DNA from: Octopus vulgaris
Taxonomy: Eukaryota
Assembly (NCBI GenBank): GCA_951406725.2
Contig: OX597814.1
Coordinates: forward strand, 65,286,001 to 65,350,000
Reading direction: 5' to 3'
Length of the DNA: 64,000 nt
Below, piece by piece: positions 24,832-38,496 of this stretch. A model generated the notes under the pieces. It had not been told where the DNA came from, searched no databases, and worked only from the letters and a program-made list of their open reading frames with translations. The translations under genes and the position numbers were made by a program. Each line of letters begins with the position of its first letter. Position 1 is the stretch's first letter.

Positions 24832-26086
24832 TTAGGTTGGCAACTAAGTTCCCACCGTTTTGATAATTTAAATTTTTTAAAAAGGTTTAATAAAAAAAAC
24901 AACTAATTAGTCAATAAAGTATTCGCCCTTGTTGTTTACTACTTCTTCCCAACGTTCAACAGGATTTTCAATACCTCGGTGGTAGAAATCACCCGATTTC
25001 GACTCGAAAAATTGATCTAACCAAGCTGTCATTTCTGCATCAGTATTGAACAAAGCTCCGCGCATAGCATTTGAAAGAGATCGAAAGAGGTGGAAATCTG
25101 CTGGTGCCAAATCAGGAGAGTACGGCGGTTGTGGCAGCACTCTCCAGCCATACGATTGAATGTCTTGCTTGGTCATGTTGGCGATATGACGGCGGGAGTT
25201 GTCGCGCTGCAAAAGAACTCCATGCTGCCGAATAGGTCTTTTCTCTTGAATAGTCGTGTAGAATAGTTCCATCTGTTGGTTCCGTTCAAGCAATTCGTAA
25301 TGGATAATCCCTTTTCAGTTCCACCATACGCACAACATCGTTTTATGCGGATGAAGATCTTTCACGCGCGGTGTTGCTTGTTTACCGGGGCTAAGCCATT
25401 CTTTACGCTGCTTCATATTGATGTAGAGGCACGATTTTTCGTCGTCAGTAGCGATTCGGTAAAGAAATTGTTGCTTGTGTCCATGAGTTGAGTGGTGACG
25501 AGCAAGCGAACTAGCAGAGATTGTGGCTTGTTGATTTTTGTTGTTGTCACTTAAAGCATGCGGAACCCGTGCTCCATACTTCTGAACCTTTCCCATCGGG
25601 TGAAGATGCTTCTCTATAGCAATGTGGGAGCATTCTATTGTCTCTGCCAGTTCCATTGTCGTTTGACGAGAATTTTCGTGCAAAAGTTGGTTTAATCGCC
25701 CTTCATCGAACTCAACTGGACGACCAGAACGAGGCAAGTTTTTGAGGTCAAAACTTCCATTTTTGAACATGGCATACCAATCACGAGCGGTTCTTTCAGC
25801 TATGGCACCCTCTTCATACACAGCACAAATGTCACGAGCAGCTTTTGTGGCCTTAGAGCCTTGATTAAAAGCAAGAAGAAGAAGGAGTCAAAAATGCTCG
25901 TTTTTCTTGACATTCCATTTTAATGACCTGAAAAATAAAATTAACTAAAATTAACTAAAAAAAAAAAGACCAAAGATTCCAAAATAATTCAAAAATAGAA
26001 TTCTTGAAAAATTAGATTCCGAAATTTAAATCGCAATAAATTCCAAAATTTAAAGGAACGGCGGGAACTTAATTGTGCCAACCCAA
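24832..26086 (-). mobile_element. Full-length mariner transposon (1255 bp) with TA TSD
   Basis: TIRs TTAGGTTGGCAACTAAGTTCCCACCGTT / TTGGGTTGGCACAATTAAGTTCCCGCCGTT; TA at 24830-24831 and 26087-26088. Confidence 0.93.
24907..25918 (-). pseudogene. Mariner (DD34D-type) transposase pseudogene
   Basis: HTH (WYAMFKNGSFDLKNLPRSGRP), RVPHAL, IATDDEK, MLCVWW, QRDNSRRH, YSPDLAPADFHLF; frameshifts and stops. Confidence 0.92.
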
Positions 26087-27164
26087 TAGGAGGCATACGA
26101 ATAATAACAACATAATCGGAGGCATAAGAATAACAACAACAACGGAAACATAATAGAAGGCGTAGGAATAAAAGCAGTTTAATCAAAGTGAGCTAGTATT
26201 TACGCCTTAATTCTAGCATTTAACCTTTGATGAAAACTAGCATTATTAGTATAAGGAGTATAGATGATAAACACTTAAGTTTTAGGTATAGTTTGAGGTG
26301 ACGTTCCCGACATTTATCGAAAGGAATTCGAATATTATTAGGAAATACTTGAACACCACAAACTATTCTTTACTATGTGGAAACTTAGGCATTTTGTCCA
26401 TTAACGGACTAATACTTTGTATGTTTCTGTTTTGTACTAATCCTTCACCGTTGTTATGTGGAGTTCATTGTGTTGATAGCGATGGTGGTGAGTAAATTTA
26501 GAATTGGAGACAGTGTTGAAGGAACAGATTGCAGTAAAGCAAATTTCCATGTCCGGAATATTTTCTGCTCTATATCTCCATACTTCACCTTTCCTTATCT
26601 ATCTATAACTTGCATTAACTTCCCGGCGTTTGTCTGTTAAAATGGAAAGGAGTTAAAAAAGGAAAAAAAGACTATTTCAAAAATACCACCTGGTAAACCT
26701 GCCAAAATATTTTACCGACACGAACATACTTAAAACCTACCTAAATATCATATAATATGCTAACAGATTGCGTTTGTAAAGACGTCCTGAAATTTGCTTA
26801 AGAATGGCTTTCACTAAGAACTACAAACATATCACAGGATTCACAAACCATAAAACAATAAACATATTTCAAAATAAAAAGTGAAGAAATAATGAATAGA
26901 AATGAGAGTAAAAGAAATAAAGGGAAAAAGTTGTTGCTGAAGACAACGTAGTGCCTTGTATGAACTGTTTTTTAACTTTAGTGGCTACAAAATAGAAAAG
27001 GCTTGTCAACGTTTTAATGATGAATGACACAACTATCACTCAGACATACTAAATATTATGAACTTAATTTTGTTTATATTTTTATTATTGTTCTGTGCAT
27101 ATTTTATCTCTTTCTCATTTTGCATATGTGTGTGTTTGCCTGTAAATATGTACACACACACACA

Positions 27165-27218
<54 letters not shown>

Positions 27219-28024
27219 TACATATAAATATATATATATGAAAAAAATTTGTTTAATTACAAATTAATTATGATATAAAAAATATCTTAAAAGTAAGCAC
27301 AGGTAACTGTGTGTTTTGAAACATCCCATTCATATTTCCCAGCTTCGGTCCATGACTGCCATAAAATGCAGTAGTCTCAAGTGATTATGTTTCAACCAAT
27401 CAGTTACATTGGTGAGTTGACATCTTCCTACCAAATGGTGCTTAGAATATTCTGGAAGTTTTTACTGAAGCTATATAAAAAAAGACGTGGAACTATAACT
27501 AAAAGGGGAGCTATCAAAGAAAGAAATATACTCAATTTAGTGTGACTTGAACATGCAGCACAGAAATGTTCTTCCTCGCCGATGACTCATTGACTAGTTC
27601 ACAATCGCACTAAGGATAATGATACCAACGTGATACGAACTACTTAAAAAACAGACTCGTTCAAGAAAATACCATGTGAGACACCAAAATGTAGACAGCC
27701 ATGTCTTAATTTTAAAATCTAAAATACTTATTTGGCGTTTAAGACGAATCCGTCCGAATGTATCAGACGCGTCTAAATTGGGCATAAAACCAAAGTTCTT
27801 GTGCGTGATGTGCGTGATGTGCGTGATGTGTTTCTATACACATGACTTCGTTATATAACGGCTTTTTGGTTGTTATTTTTAGCGAATTCAGCGTAGCCCA
27901 TTCACCTGTATGAAATATTGTTTCTGCATTTCACTATTAATGATAATTTTACTAAATGTTAATAAAAACATTAATTCTTGGTACGGCGTAAATAGATTGA
28001 TATAAAAAGTTATTTGCTTATTCA

Positions 28025-28396
28025 AGCCAAAAGCGTTGCTGTGTACTAAAATGCTTGGTTCCCAGCCATATGGCTCCGGTTTAAGTCCCATTGCGTGCCC
28101 ATTGGTAAGTGTCTTCTACTATAGCCTCGAGCCGGCTAAAGCCTTGTGAGTGGATTTGATGGAAACAGAAAGAAGACCATCGTATATATATATAATATTA
28201 TGATTAAGGGTATCTAAAAGATACCAACATGCTAGATAAAGCAGGCAAGACTTGACACTAAAACCACATCAAATATTCATACAGCACCATGAGAGAAGAA
28301 TTTATTAATAATTATTACCTATAATGTTTTTATTCCCATGCTAGCCACTTGATATGATCGGTATTTTAAATAACGATCTTATCCTTATTTATATAA

Positions 28397-28439
<43 letters not shown>

Positions 28440-28706
28440 CATATATATATACATACATACATACGTGTGTGTGTTTGTGTGTATGTATGTCTTTGTGTCT
28501 GTGTTTTCTCCACATCAGAACTTTAAAACCGGTGTTTGTGTGCTTACGTCCCCCTTAAATTAGCGGTTAGGCAAAAAAGACCGATAAAATAATTACTAGT
28601 CTTAAAACAAAATAATTCCTAGGGTGGATTTGTTCGACTAAAACCCTTTAAGGCAGTGCTCCAACATGGCCGCAGTCAAATGACTGAAACAAGTAAAAGA
28701 TAAAGG
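28025..28706 (+). mobile_element. SINE family A, interrupted by ~200 bp of other sequence (~28195-28395)
   Basis: Head and tail match 16644-17036; extra sequence lies inside the central (TA) tract. Confidence 0.75.
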
Positions 28707-28949
28707 ATTTATTTCTTTTTGCTAGGTTGTCACCTGTTAGAGATCAGTTGCCTAACTGAAGAAATCGGCTTGCGGAATTCATATTCCAATTCCAAATTGC
28801 TCTGTTTCTTATATACGAGCACATAGTTTTTGGCCGAAATACTTTCTCCGCGGTAACTGCAGCGTATTTGCTTTATAGCTATTAAAATATGTCACAAACA
28901 TATTTTAGCTAACCTAAATTTTGCTTATGTCTAAACACCGCTTAGCGCT

Positions 28950-29927
28950 AGGATGATAGGTGGGAACAAAATCTTCTGCATTGCAAATATGTGGTCCGTA
29001 GCAAACAAGCTGATGTAGACCAGAAGCACACCCATCAGTGGTTACGGAGCTCAGGATTAAATGCAGAGAGTGAAAGCTTTAGCTTTGCTACCCAAGATAA
29101 GCGCTGATTGACCTATCAAGTCAATGTGATGACAAGTGGTGTAGACCCAAATCGTCAATACTACAACGATCGGATAGAAACAGTGGACCACCTAATTTCT
29201 GGATGTAAGCTTTTAGCACCTATTGAGTAGAAATCAAGTCATGACAGAGATGGCCAATATCTACAATGGATAATGTGACAGCATTATAAAATCAAAATTG
29301 CTGACAAATGGTACGAGCACCAGCCAGTGGCTGTAACGGTGAGAGAAAATGTAACTATTCGTTTGGACTTCCCAGTATGTACAAACCGGACCATCAAAGC
29401 AAATAAACCAGATATTGTTGTGAAAGACCATAACAGTAAAATCTGTTTCTTGATTGACATGAGCATACCCTGTGACCATAATATCTCGGCAAACAAATTT
29501 GATAAGCTCAGAAAGTATAATGATTTGCTAATCAAAATCGAAAGATGTGGCATCTCAAGACGGTTACAATACAAGTGATTGTAATAGCAGTTGGAATGAT
29601 CAAAAAAGGAACTGAAAATTATTTAAGAAGGGTCCCTGGCTTACCATCCATGCAGGAAATGCAAAAGATTGTCTTCACTGCTAAGTCACACGTTCTGAGA
29701 AGAGCTTTGTAGCTGTCCATTTTTTCCCCGCTTTCTTTTCTTTGTTTAATTTTTTATTCTTTATTTTTTTCTGTTTCTTTGTCTTTCTTCCCATTTTTCT
29801 GTAAATGAACAATCTGGTGTGTTTATTTTAATAGCCTGCCAATATATACAGAACATTTCTCTGCCCTAGGTGTCAGGAGGCCACTCGGCAAGAAGCGGAA
29901 ACAAAATTGAAAGAAGATGCTAATGTG
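28950..29927 (+). mobile_element. R4/Dong-clade RLE non-LTR retrotransposon, 3' fragment
   Basis: HQWLRSSGLNAESESFSFATQD, ETVDHLISGC (zinc knuckle), SHD (RHD), KPDIVVKD...LIDMSIP...K..KY (PD-(D/E)XK endonuclease), stop 29710-29712, 3'UTR then (AAT)n. Confidence 0.85.
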
Positions 29928-29943
29928 AACAACAACAACAACA

Positions 29944-30004
<61 letters not shown>

Positions 30005-30048
30005 TAATAATGATAATGATAATAATAATAACGATAATAATAATAACG

Positions 30049-30093
<45 letters not shown>

Positions 30094-30153
30094 GTAATAA
30101 TGATAATAATAATAAACGATAATAATAATAATAATAATAATAATGATAATAAT
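29927..30153. repeat. (AAC)/(AAT)n microsatellite
   Basis: Direct inspection; abuts the R4/Dong 3' end. Confidence 0.97.
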
Positions 30154-30700
30154 AAATGCCCTGATACAGTACCAGGCACTGGCTCTCATGGTTTTTGTTC
30201 TTAACTGATTAGAAGTTTTATCGTGTACATAATTTTGTCTTGGTATAAAAGATGGGCTAAACAAATATTCTGCTTAATACCACAGATTTTCTTGTCAGTT
30301 GTTTGACCTTAAACAGTTGAGCATGTCCCTTAGTGGCTGACGATATGTGCATCGTTGATCGCGGGAAGAAGTAGTAGGGAGCATCATAGCTATGTGTTTG
30401 GAGGAATTATTTGCGGTTTGAATAATTCACCCCTGGAAACATGGGTATTTTGTTTATCACCCTTAAAACAAACCTTATTCAGGGACCTTTTGAGTGGGAT
30501 GGGCTTTTCGACCTCACGAAATTTGTCACTGGGCGCCACCTGCAAGGTCATGCGCTGTTTATCTTGATATGAGATCACCATGTCGTGCACACATGATTGT
30601 TATGCATGTGCCTGATGTACACTTATCAGACGGATAGTCATGATGGGTATACTGGGCATCAAAGCGTCACTTTGATAGCATACACTGCTCTCTCACTCAA
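30154..30700. repeat. Unclassified interspersed element bounded by AAT-type repeats
   Basis: Higher-GC block flanked on both sides by (AAT)-like repeats; single copy in window; identity unconfirmed. Confidence 0.35.
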
Positions 30701-30824
30701 TAACAGCAATAATCATAATCCTTTCTACTGTGGGCACAAGGCCTCAAAGCTTAGGCGAGTGGGCTAGTCGATTATATCGATGCCAGTGTTTCACTGGTAA
30801 CTATTTCATCGACACCGGAAGGAT

Positions 30825-30868
30825 GGTAGATGGAAACGGAAAGGAGCCCGTGAGTGTGAGTGAGTGTG

Positions 30869-30899
<31 letters not shown>

Positions 30900-31107
30900 C
30901 TGTGCGTGTGTGTTTCTCCCCCAGCACTGCTTAAAAACAGGTGTTAGTGTGTTTGCGGACCCGCCACCCAACAGCTCGGCAAAAACGACCGATAGAATAA
31001 GTGCTAGGCTTTAAAAAATAAACGAGATCTGAGGTCGCTTTGTTCGACTAAGAAACTCCTAAAGCGGCGCCCCAGCATGGCCGCAGTGAATTTACTGGAA
31101 GAAGTTA
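30825..31107 (+). mobile_element. SINE family A, 3' part (preceded by a minus-strand family B fragment ~30720-30825)
   Basis: GGTAGATGGAAAC...GACCGATAGAATAAG...CAGCATGGCCGCAG. Confidence 0.7.
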
Positions 31108-31156
31108 AATATAGAAAGTAAAAGATAATATATATATATATACACATGTGTTTATA

Positions 31157-31223
<67 letters not shown>

Positions 31224-31353
31224 TCATTAAATGGTATTTGTATCTCGCAAGATTGAGTAGATTTTGCTCATCCTATCAACAATACATTTACCTATATGTG
31301 TATATTTGTGTGTCTATAAATATGCGTACGTGTGTCTGTGTATGTGTGTGTGC

Positions 31354-31404
<51 letters not shown>

Positions 31405-32300
31405 ACATACATTTTACGTAAATTGGTGTATGTCTCTATGTATGGTATTTAGATGTTATTGTGGGTAACGTGTGGCATGTTTGTTCCTGTGTGAGAGTCT
31501 GCGTGAGTTTAAGTGTATTTGTGCTTGTGTGTCTATTCCATTGATGTCTTCAGGCAACTGCTGCTACGATAACAACCTCTTCCGCTGCAGACCGACTGAA
31601 AGCCTTCCAACGAGCTCAGGATATCTACATTAGAAGCTAAGGTTGTGTTAATGTCTTTTTCTGTACTAGTTTTCAATCACTTTGCTTTCACTTTGTTTAC
31701 ACACCTTAGTGTTTATCCCTTTTGCAGACAATTCGTTTCTCGCTTCAATTGACGGACATCTTTATTTAGATAACGTTTATTCATCTATTAGTTAATACCA
31801 GTTTTGAAGGAAACTGTTGCTTGTAAAAATACCTTTTAATTTTTTACACATAAATCCTGGGGTGCTGAAAGTGTGAAAGAGAAATGTATTATTCCATAAG
31901 GACAGAATCTATTGAACTGGTGAACGTAATATTTAACCGCTATAGCATTTGTGTGTGTGCGTGTGTGTGTGTGTGCGTGTATGTGTGTGTGTTTGTGTAT
32001 GTGTATTATGTATGTGTGTATGATATATGCATATATAGCCATACATATAATCATACTTAGTCAAAATATAAAATATATCTTTATATATATATATATGGAG
32101 AGAGAAAGAGAGATGAGTGTGAATGTATATTTATATGTTAGTATATATGTATGTCAATGCAATGAAATAATGAATACAGAAAACAAGAAAAGAAGGAATA
32201 AAAAATGTTTGAAAGAATTTTATCAATGAATAAAAGACAGAACAGCAGTTTGGAAGGAAATGAGCAATGGCGGTAGCTGTACAATTTGGAGATTAGTACT

Positions 32301-32332
<32 letters not shown>

Positions 32333-32344
32333 CAGAGAGAGAGA

Positions 32345-32548
<204 letters not shown>

Positions 32549-33029
32549 ATGAATTTGATTTATTGCCTTTTAATATTTAGTTTAGTTTTATTAAATTCTT
32601 AGTTTAAATCCTAATTACTATGGTTTTGCTGTTCATCCCCACATGATCCATTATGTGAGATTTAATTGAATTGTCGACTCTACCTCCGAACCCATTCATT
32701 TGCCAACTGTTTCACCATTCCCTGAGCACTTGCTAATGATGTCTAATCTCTCATAAGAAAAGATGAATTTTGATGACGAATTATTAGTGTGCGTTAATAT
32801 TTCACCAACGGATAGAGTGTTTAGCATAACTGAATGATAATCGAATCAGTGCCTAAATACAGCACCAAATGTAAACATTAAGACCAACTATTTCATATAT
32901 AGTTAATCACGAAAATAAAAGAAAAAATAAACCAAATATTTACATATAACCGTACTTGAGGTTTTGAAAATATACATCATAAAGCATATAAATTATTAAG
33001 CACCATAAGAAATATTAGTTCACTCTTCA

Positions 33030-33950
33030 CAAATACTTCAGATACCAACCAGTCCGACTTGCCTTTCATCTATTCTAATACATTATTGTGAGATTCAAAT
33101 GGACTGATGGCTATACCACAAGTCGTATATAGTCGCTCGCTATATCAGCACACATCGAATGTGTGTCAATGCTGTTTAGATCGCACTTGAAAGGATATAG
33201 CTGATTTAGCAGGTAGAAACTCATCGGAATGCAAGAGCACATTCTATATTCTTGTTTCGCATGATATATTCCTTTTTCCTCGATGTTCTTCCTTTACCCC
33301 GGCAAAACACTGCTTAAGAGTTCCATCATTCTCTTGTCACTTACTCCATTGCACTGTTGTAGAGTGTACTAATATAGGTATCTTTCACTCATACATAACT
33401 GCATATAGTGCATAATCCTGGTCCTGGCCCTAACTTTAAACCTAATTCTAGCCAAAGCCTAACCTTAATGCCAACTCGGGCACTTCACCTAGTCCTAACC
33501 CTAATCATAACACTAACACTAGCCTTGATCCTAATCGTAACCCCAGTATTAACTCTTATCAAGTAATTCAGGTACCAACCAGTGTGACTTAGCCTTTCAT
33601 TTGTTTTAATTCTATAGTGAGAAATTCAGTGTAAATGTCTTATATGGTTGCCCACTCCATCAGCAATCGTTCAATGAGTGCCAATGCTGTTTACATCGCA
33701 ACCTCAAATGAGGTATTGGATTGTGACAGGTACAAGCTAATCGGAAGGGAAGAACAACTTCTATGTACTTATTTCGCTCGATATCATCTAGCATTTGATA
33801 AATTGTGTCACTGTTATACCTTAGCAAGACACTGCTTAAGAATTCCACCAGTCTCGTTATTTCTTCCATACAGATTTCCATTAGACTGTGCCAGCGTAGA
33901 GTGTGCTAATATAGTATTCATTCGCTTAAACAGTATCGTACTGATTGCAA
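33030..33950. repeat. Diverged ~530-bp tandem duplication with a degenerate (CCTAAC)-like spacer
   Basis: TTCAGRTACCAACCAGT at ~33037 and ~33567; ACACTGCTTAAGARTTCCA and AGAGTGTRCTAATATAG in both units. Confidence 0.7.
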
Positions 33951-34496
33951 AACCATATCACATCGACTTTTCTGTTTTGTCCTTCTCTGGGTAAGGGGAA
34001 AATAAACGCCACAGATAAGTTGATCTCGGTTTAATAATACATTGATTACTAGAGCAACTGAACAATTTGTGCCAAAAGATTCTTAAGACGATGGAATATA
34101 TAGTCTCATGCACTGTTTTTGAACTAAATGCATCCACAGACTGACTTAGATAACCTAGTTGAAGTCCTCTTCGTATTCTAGAGTTCAAAAGTGAATTTGA
34201 GTTTCCGCTTATATAAAATCATCCTCTGATAGTTACGCATGATATTATTATGATAAACTTGAGAACCGGATTGTCGTTCATCTAAATTAGCAATAATCAT
34301 TGGTGTAAGCTAATTCAATACCCAGAATCAATCCCAGGGAAGGAAAATGTCAATATGAAGTCTAGTTTTCCTCTTTCTAACTGAAAATATTGGTTTTCCT
34401 GCTTATACTATATAGCATCACTACAATTATTAATACTTGACTTTCACTTGTAAACAAATAAACATAATTAAAAGAAACAATTTGGAGCCAAGTTCA

Positions 34497-34982
34497 TCTA
34501 TATATATAAAACTCAACTTGTGTGTCCGTGTGTGTATCTGTGTGTGTGTCTGTGTGTTTAATTCCCGGCACATCTCCTCCTAGCCAACAAATCGTAGAAC
34601 CACCAAAAATGGGTCACTTAAAGTTTAGGCGAAGGAAAATTGAACTGCGCTATTTCTGTTCCGAAATTCATCTCGCAAGTGCAAAAATCGATAATGTGTT
34701 TGTTTAGGCCTTATCCCATCCATTGAATAGTGAACTTTACTCAGTCAGCTGTTTGACGTGAACTGTGTTCACCACGCGTGCAAGCATGCGTAAATTGCAT
34801 GAAAAATAAAAAATCAAGATATAAAAACGAATCGCCATAAACATCGTAGAAATTCGGCAGAGAAATGAATTTTCGGTATATATATCGTTTGGTCTTTGTG
34901 AACACGTACCAATTGTTTTCATAATATTTTTAATACTTTGAATTAAATGTGACCATTTTGTAAAGCCGGGCAATACTGCTAG
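34497..34982 (+). mobile_element. Non-autonomous Helitron
   Basis: a|TCTATATATATAAAACT ... GCCGGGCAATACTGCTAG|t; termini resemble 16123-16635. Confidence 0.7.
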
Positions 34983-36669
34983 TTGACAATAAAAACTATA
35001 CCAAAAGTGATCTTGTGCTGGTTAATTAGAAATGTGGTGCGTGGGATAAGTGATGATCCATAAATTACAGTAATTGAACATCTAGGTAAGACTTCAAAAT
35101 TTGTATACATATATACGTATGTATGTATGTATGTATGTATGTATGTATGTATGTATGTATATATGTACAGGCGCTCCCGTGTTATGCTTGTCTAATGTTA
35201 CGTGATTTCGTGCTAACGAAGATTGTGAATATGACCACCAATTTCTAGATACGGTTATAATTTCGCTCTAGCCGTAACTCGGACAAGGTTGGAGAATATA
35301 GAATCTATCTGCGCTGTTTGAATTAGCGATTGCATTCCTTCGTTCATTACCCCAGATTCATGACCATAGGTAAGAATAGTCACGAACACTGAAATGAAGA
35401 TAGTGGCTTTGGCTTTTACACCTACCTTCCTCCCTTCTAATGACCGAATTTTGAAGCCGGCGCATTACTATACCAGCTCCTGCACATCTTGTTCTTAATT
35501 CAGCCCCATGCCTTCCATCAATCGTGAAAGCAGCCTCAAAACACTATCACCAACAACACTATCTATCATCAAAAGCAAATACAACCACATTATAAAAGCA
35601 GTAACTACTCATCACCAACAACAGTAACGTCAACAATACAATGAACAACATAACAACTCTATCTGAAATTTAAAATATCAATCACGTGAGTTGCTGTGGT
35701 ACTCTATTTTAAACTTTGAATGAAGTGTCTTTGATCTTAAGTCAATAAAAATTGACTTGAAACTGAATAGCAACACAACTTCAGTAACAAGAACCTTTTG
35801 AACATCGCTACTGCAAAAAGTAGCCCATAACTGTCACCATCATCACCATCAAGAAAACCAATACAACGAACACAGGCACCGCTACAATTTGAAGAAGTCA
35901 TTGAGGATAATGCGTGTGAGTTGTTAGTGCCTCGGAGTCAATGTAACGAGGATCTAATGAGAGAACAAAGACAATCTGAGAATGCCCATGTGAATACAAG
36001 ACTTCCAGAGACAACACTTAAGTTGACTGCAAAGAATATTGCGAAAAGTCTTGGCACATATATATTGGGGTTGTTATTAGGAATTCGAATGTAACTTAAA
36101 AATTACAAAGACATAAAACTACTATAACTTCAGTTTCTTTACTGAGCTGCACAAAAGGAATATGCGTCATAAATAACAAATTTTTGATAAATTCTTCATT
36201 TCTCAAGTAGATGTTCATGACGACGTCCATAATATAGAAGATAGTATCCCTCATCCTCCCAATAACCCTCATTCCTTCTCCACCCCTCAGATAATAATCA
36301 ACATATATTTTCTTGTAACATACTACAATATTGCGACTCTTATGTATCCCCTGACGTATTTCACTTCAATTCTTCTCACGTGTATAAAGTATAATATCTA
36401 TATTTATGTTTTATCTTTTATTTCTTGACAGCTGCCATGCTGGGGCATCACTGTGATGAAGCTTATAACCACATAGGCAAAATTATACATATATATATAT
36501 ATAACAAGGGCACTAACAAGCACCAGCTTTGCGAAAAGTAGAAGTCAAAAATACTCCGAAATCACAAGAATTAACACAAGATTTTTACAGGCAAGAAAAC
36601 CTGGTATTATTTCGAATTTAGTGTCAAAAGCACTTGAGTCTCTTCAGCTACGTCTACTAATAACAATAT

Positions 36670-36727
<58 letters not shown>

Positions 36728-36914
36728 GTGTGTGTGTGTGTGTGTGTGTGTATATACATATATATACATGCATACACACACACATACGTATATATATATA
36801 TACATACATACATATATATATATGTGTGTGTGTGTGAGTGTGTGTGTGTTTCTGTGTGTATGTATGTATGTATGTATGTATGTATCTACGCATGGATGTA
36901 TGTAGGCATGTATA

Positions 36915-37075
36915 TGGCGAGTTATTTTTTTGAAATTTCCGTCCTCCAAATCCACTCGCAAAGCTTTGAGTACCTCGAGCCTTTAGGACTACAGCAGAAG
37001 AAACTTGTTCAAGGTATCACGCAGTGGGAGTGAATCTGAAACCACGTGGCTGAAAAGCAAATTTTTTACCACACA
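36915..37075 (-). mobile_element. SINE family A head fragment; tail fragment at ~37305-37352
   Basis: TTTCCGTCTCCAAATCCACTCGCAAAGCTTTG...CACGCAGTGGGA is the reverse complement of the SINE A head. Confidence 0.65.
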
Positions 37076-37448
37076 TGAAACTGATTTAGTTGCTTATTTG
37101 TTTTCTGATTTTTTTCTCGAAATACCAGAATGTATTATTGTTTTATATCAAGAACATCAATGGGGAAATGTCACGTTATCGAATTTCTAGTTACTGCAAG
37201 TTTTCAGGGATGCATTACTTGCATAAGGTGCTGTTTCCCATATATGTCTATGTGTGTGTGTGTGTGGATTCAAATATATACATATTTACCTAATTTTTTA
37301 TCTTTAAATTTTACTTGTTTCAGTCATTAGACTATGAGCATGCTGGGGTACCTTGAAGTTAAAAAAGTAAAATAGAACGCTTCATGAATTTGCGTGTCAC
37401 CATTTATATATATATATGTATGTGTGTGAGTGTGTATGTGTATGTATG

Positions 37449-38312
37449 CTGGGTCGTCCTATAAATAATGCGGTTTTATATATTTCTTTTACTTTTCAAA
37501 ATTAAGATAAACAAACTTCATTTTTTAAATCTAAAATATACTCATATTATACAATTCTCTTCCAGAATACACTTGTCCGTGGTGAAAAATATCCTCCAGT
37601 ACTGTTCTGACTTCCTCCACAGAATTCATACTTATTTCCGTCCAAATTATTTCGAAGGCTGTAAAATAAATGATCATCATATGGGTTAATGTCCGGCGAA
37701 TATGGTGGGAGGGACATCGCTTCCCATTCAAACTGCTCCATCCTTTGGAATGTCAACCTCGCTGTATGTAGCCGAGCATTATCCTGATGGAAGAACAACT
37801 TTCGTCTTGAAACCAACGATGGTCTTTTTCCGATAGCACACCAGTGTCGATGAATGGTTGAATGGCCAAATCCAAGTTTCTGTGCTAGTTCCTCAATAAT
37901 CACAAAGGAGTTTTGCTCCACCAGGGATTGCAGCACGTCCCCGTCGAGCTCAACAGATCTTCCAAGAGGAGGCTAATCTTCTAGGCTGTAGTTTACGGCT
38001 CAGAATTTCTGGAATCACCGTTGACACTGGTTTATACTTGTTGTCCGATCCCCATATATTGCATTTATATTCCTCGCACTTGTTGCCTTTACTGAACTTA
38101 TAAAGCAAAATATGCCGAATATGCTTCTTTGTTACTCCCATTATAGCTTTAAAAAAAGAACTGTTAAAATCGAACTGCACTCTTCAAAACTTGCACTAAG
38201 TTAAAATTGCTACCTGATTCTATAGTAAGTAGATGCAGGTAGTTTATCTCGTCCCCCTCTGACTTCAAGTTCATGCAATTGAAAAAATTGCATTATTTAT
38301 GGGAAGACCCCA
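37449..38312 (-). mobile_element. Internally deleted mariner element (864 bp)
   Basis: 28-bp TIRs CTGGGTCGTCCTATAAATAATGCGGTTT / TGGGGTCTTCCCATAAATAATGCAATTT; MGVTKKHIRHILLY, ELAQKLGFGHSTIHRH fused directly to HQDNARLHTA...PPYSPDINPYDDHLF. Confidence 0.9.
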
Positions 38313-38463
38313 TATATATATTGTATTATATTATAGTATGTTACATAATATAATATATATATATATATATCTGTATGTATATACATATATATACATATGT
38401 ATATATGTAGGTATGTACACAAACGCATACATACATACATACATACATACATACATACATACA

Positions 38464-38496
<33 letters not shown>

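Noticed and set aside
24775-26180. Short spaced repeats as a CRISPR-like array
   Set aside because: Contiguous minisatellite units without unique spacers, eukaryotic context, no cas genes.
26290-26636. Strong minus-strand acceptor (polypyrimidine + AACAG at 26634) and coding-looking sequence
   Set aside because: All three frames hit stops and no clear donor or homology was seen; could be a non-coding exon but unsupported.
35168-35475. Tigger/pogo-like MITE start (TA|CAGGCGCTCCCGTGTTATG)
   Set aside because: No convincing matching right TIR found.
36598-36655. Minus-strand CTGAAGA...GAAAT hammerhead-like spacing
   Set aside because: Stems I and III do not pair convincingly.
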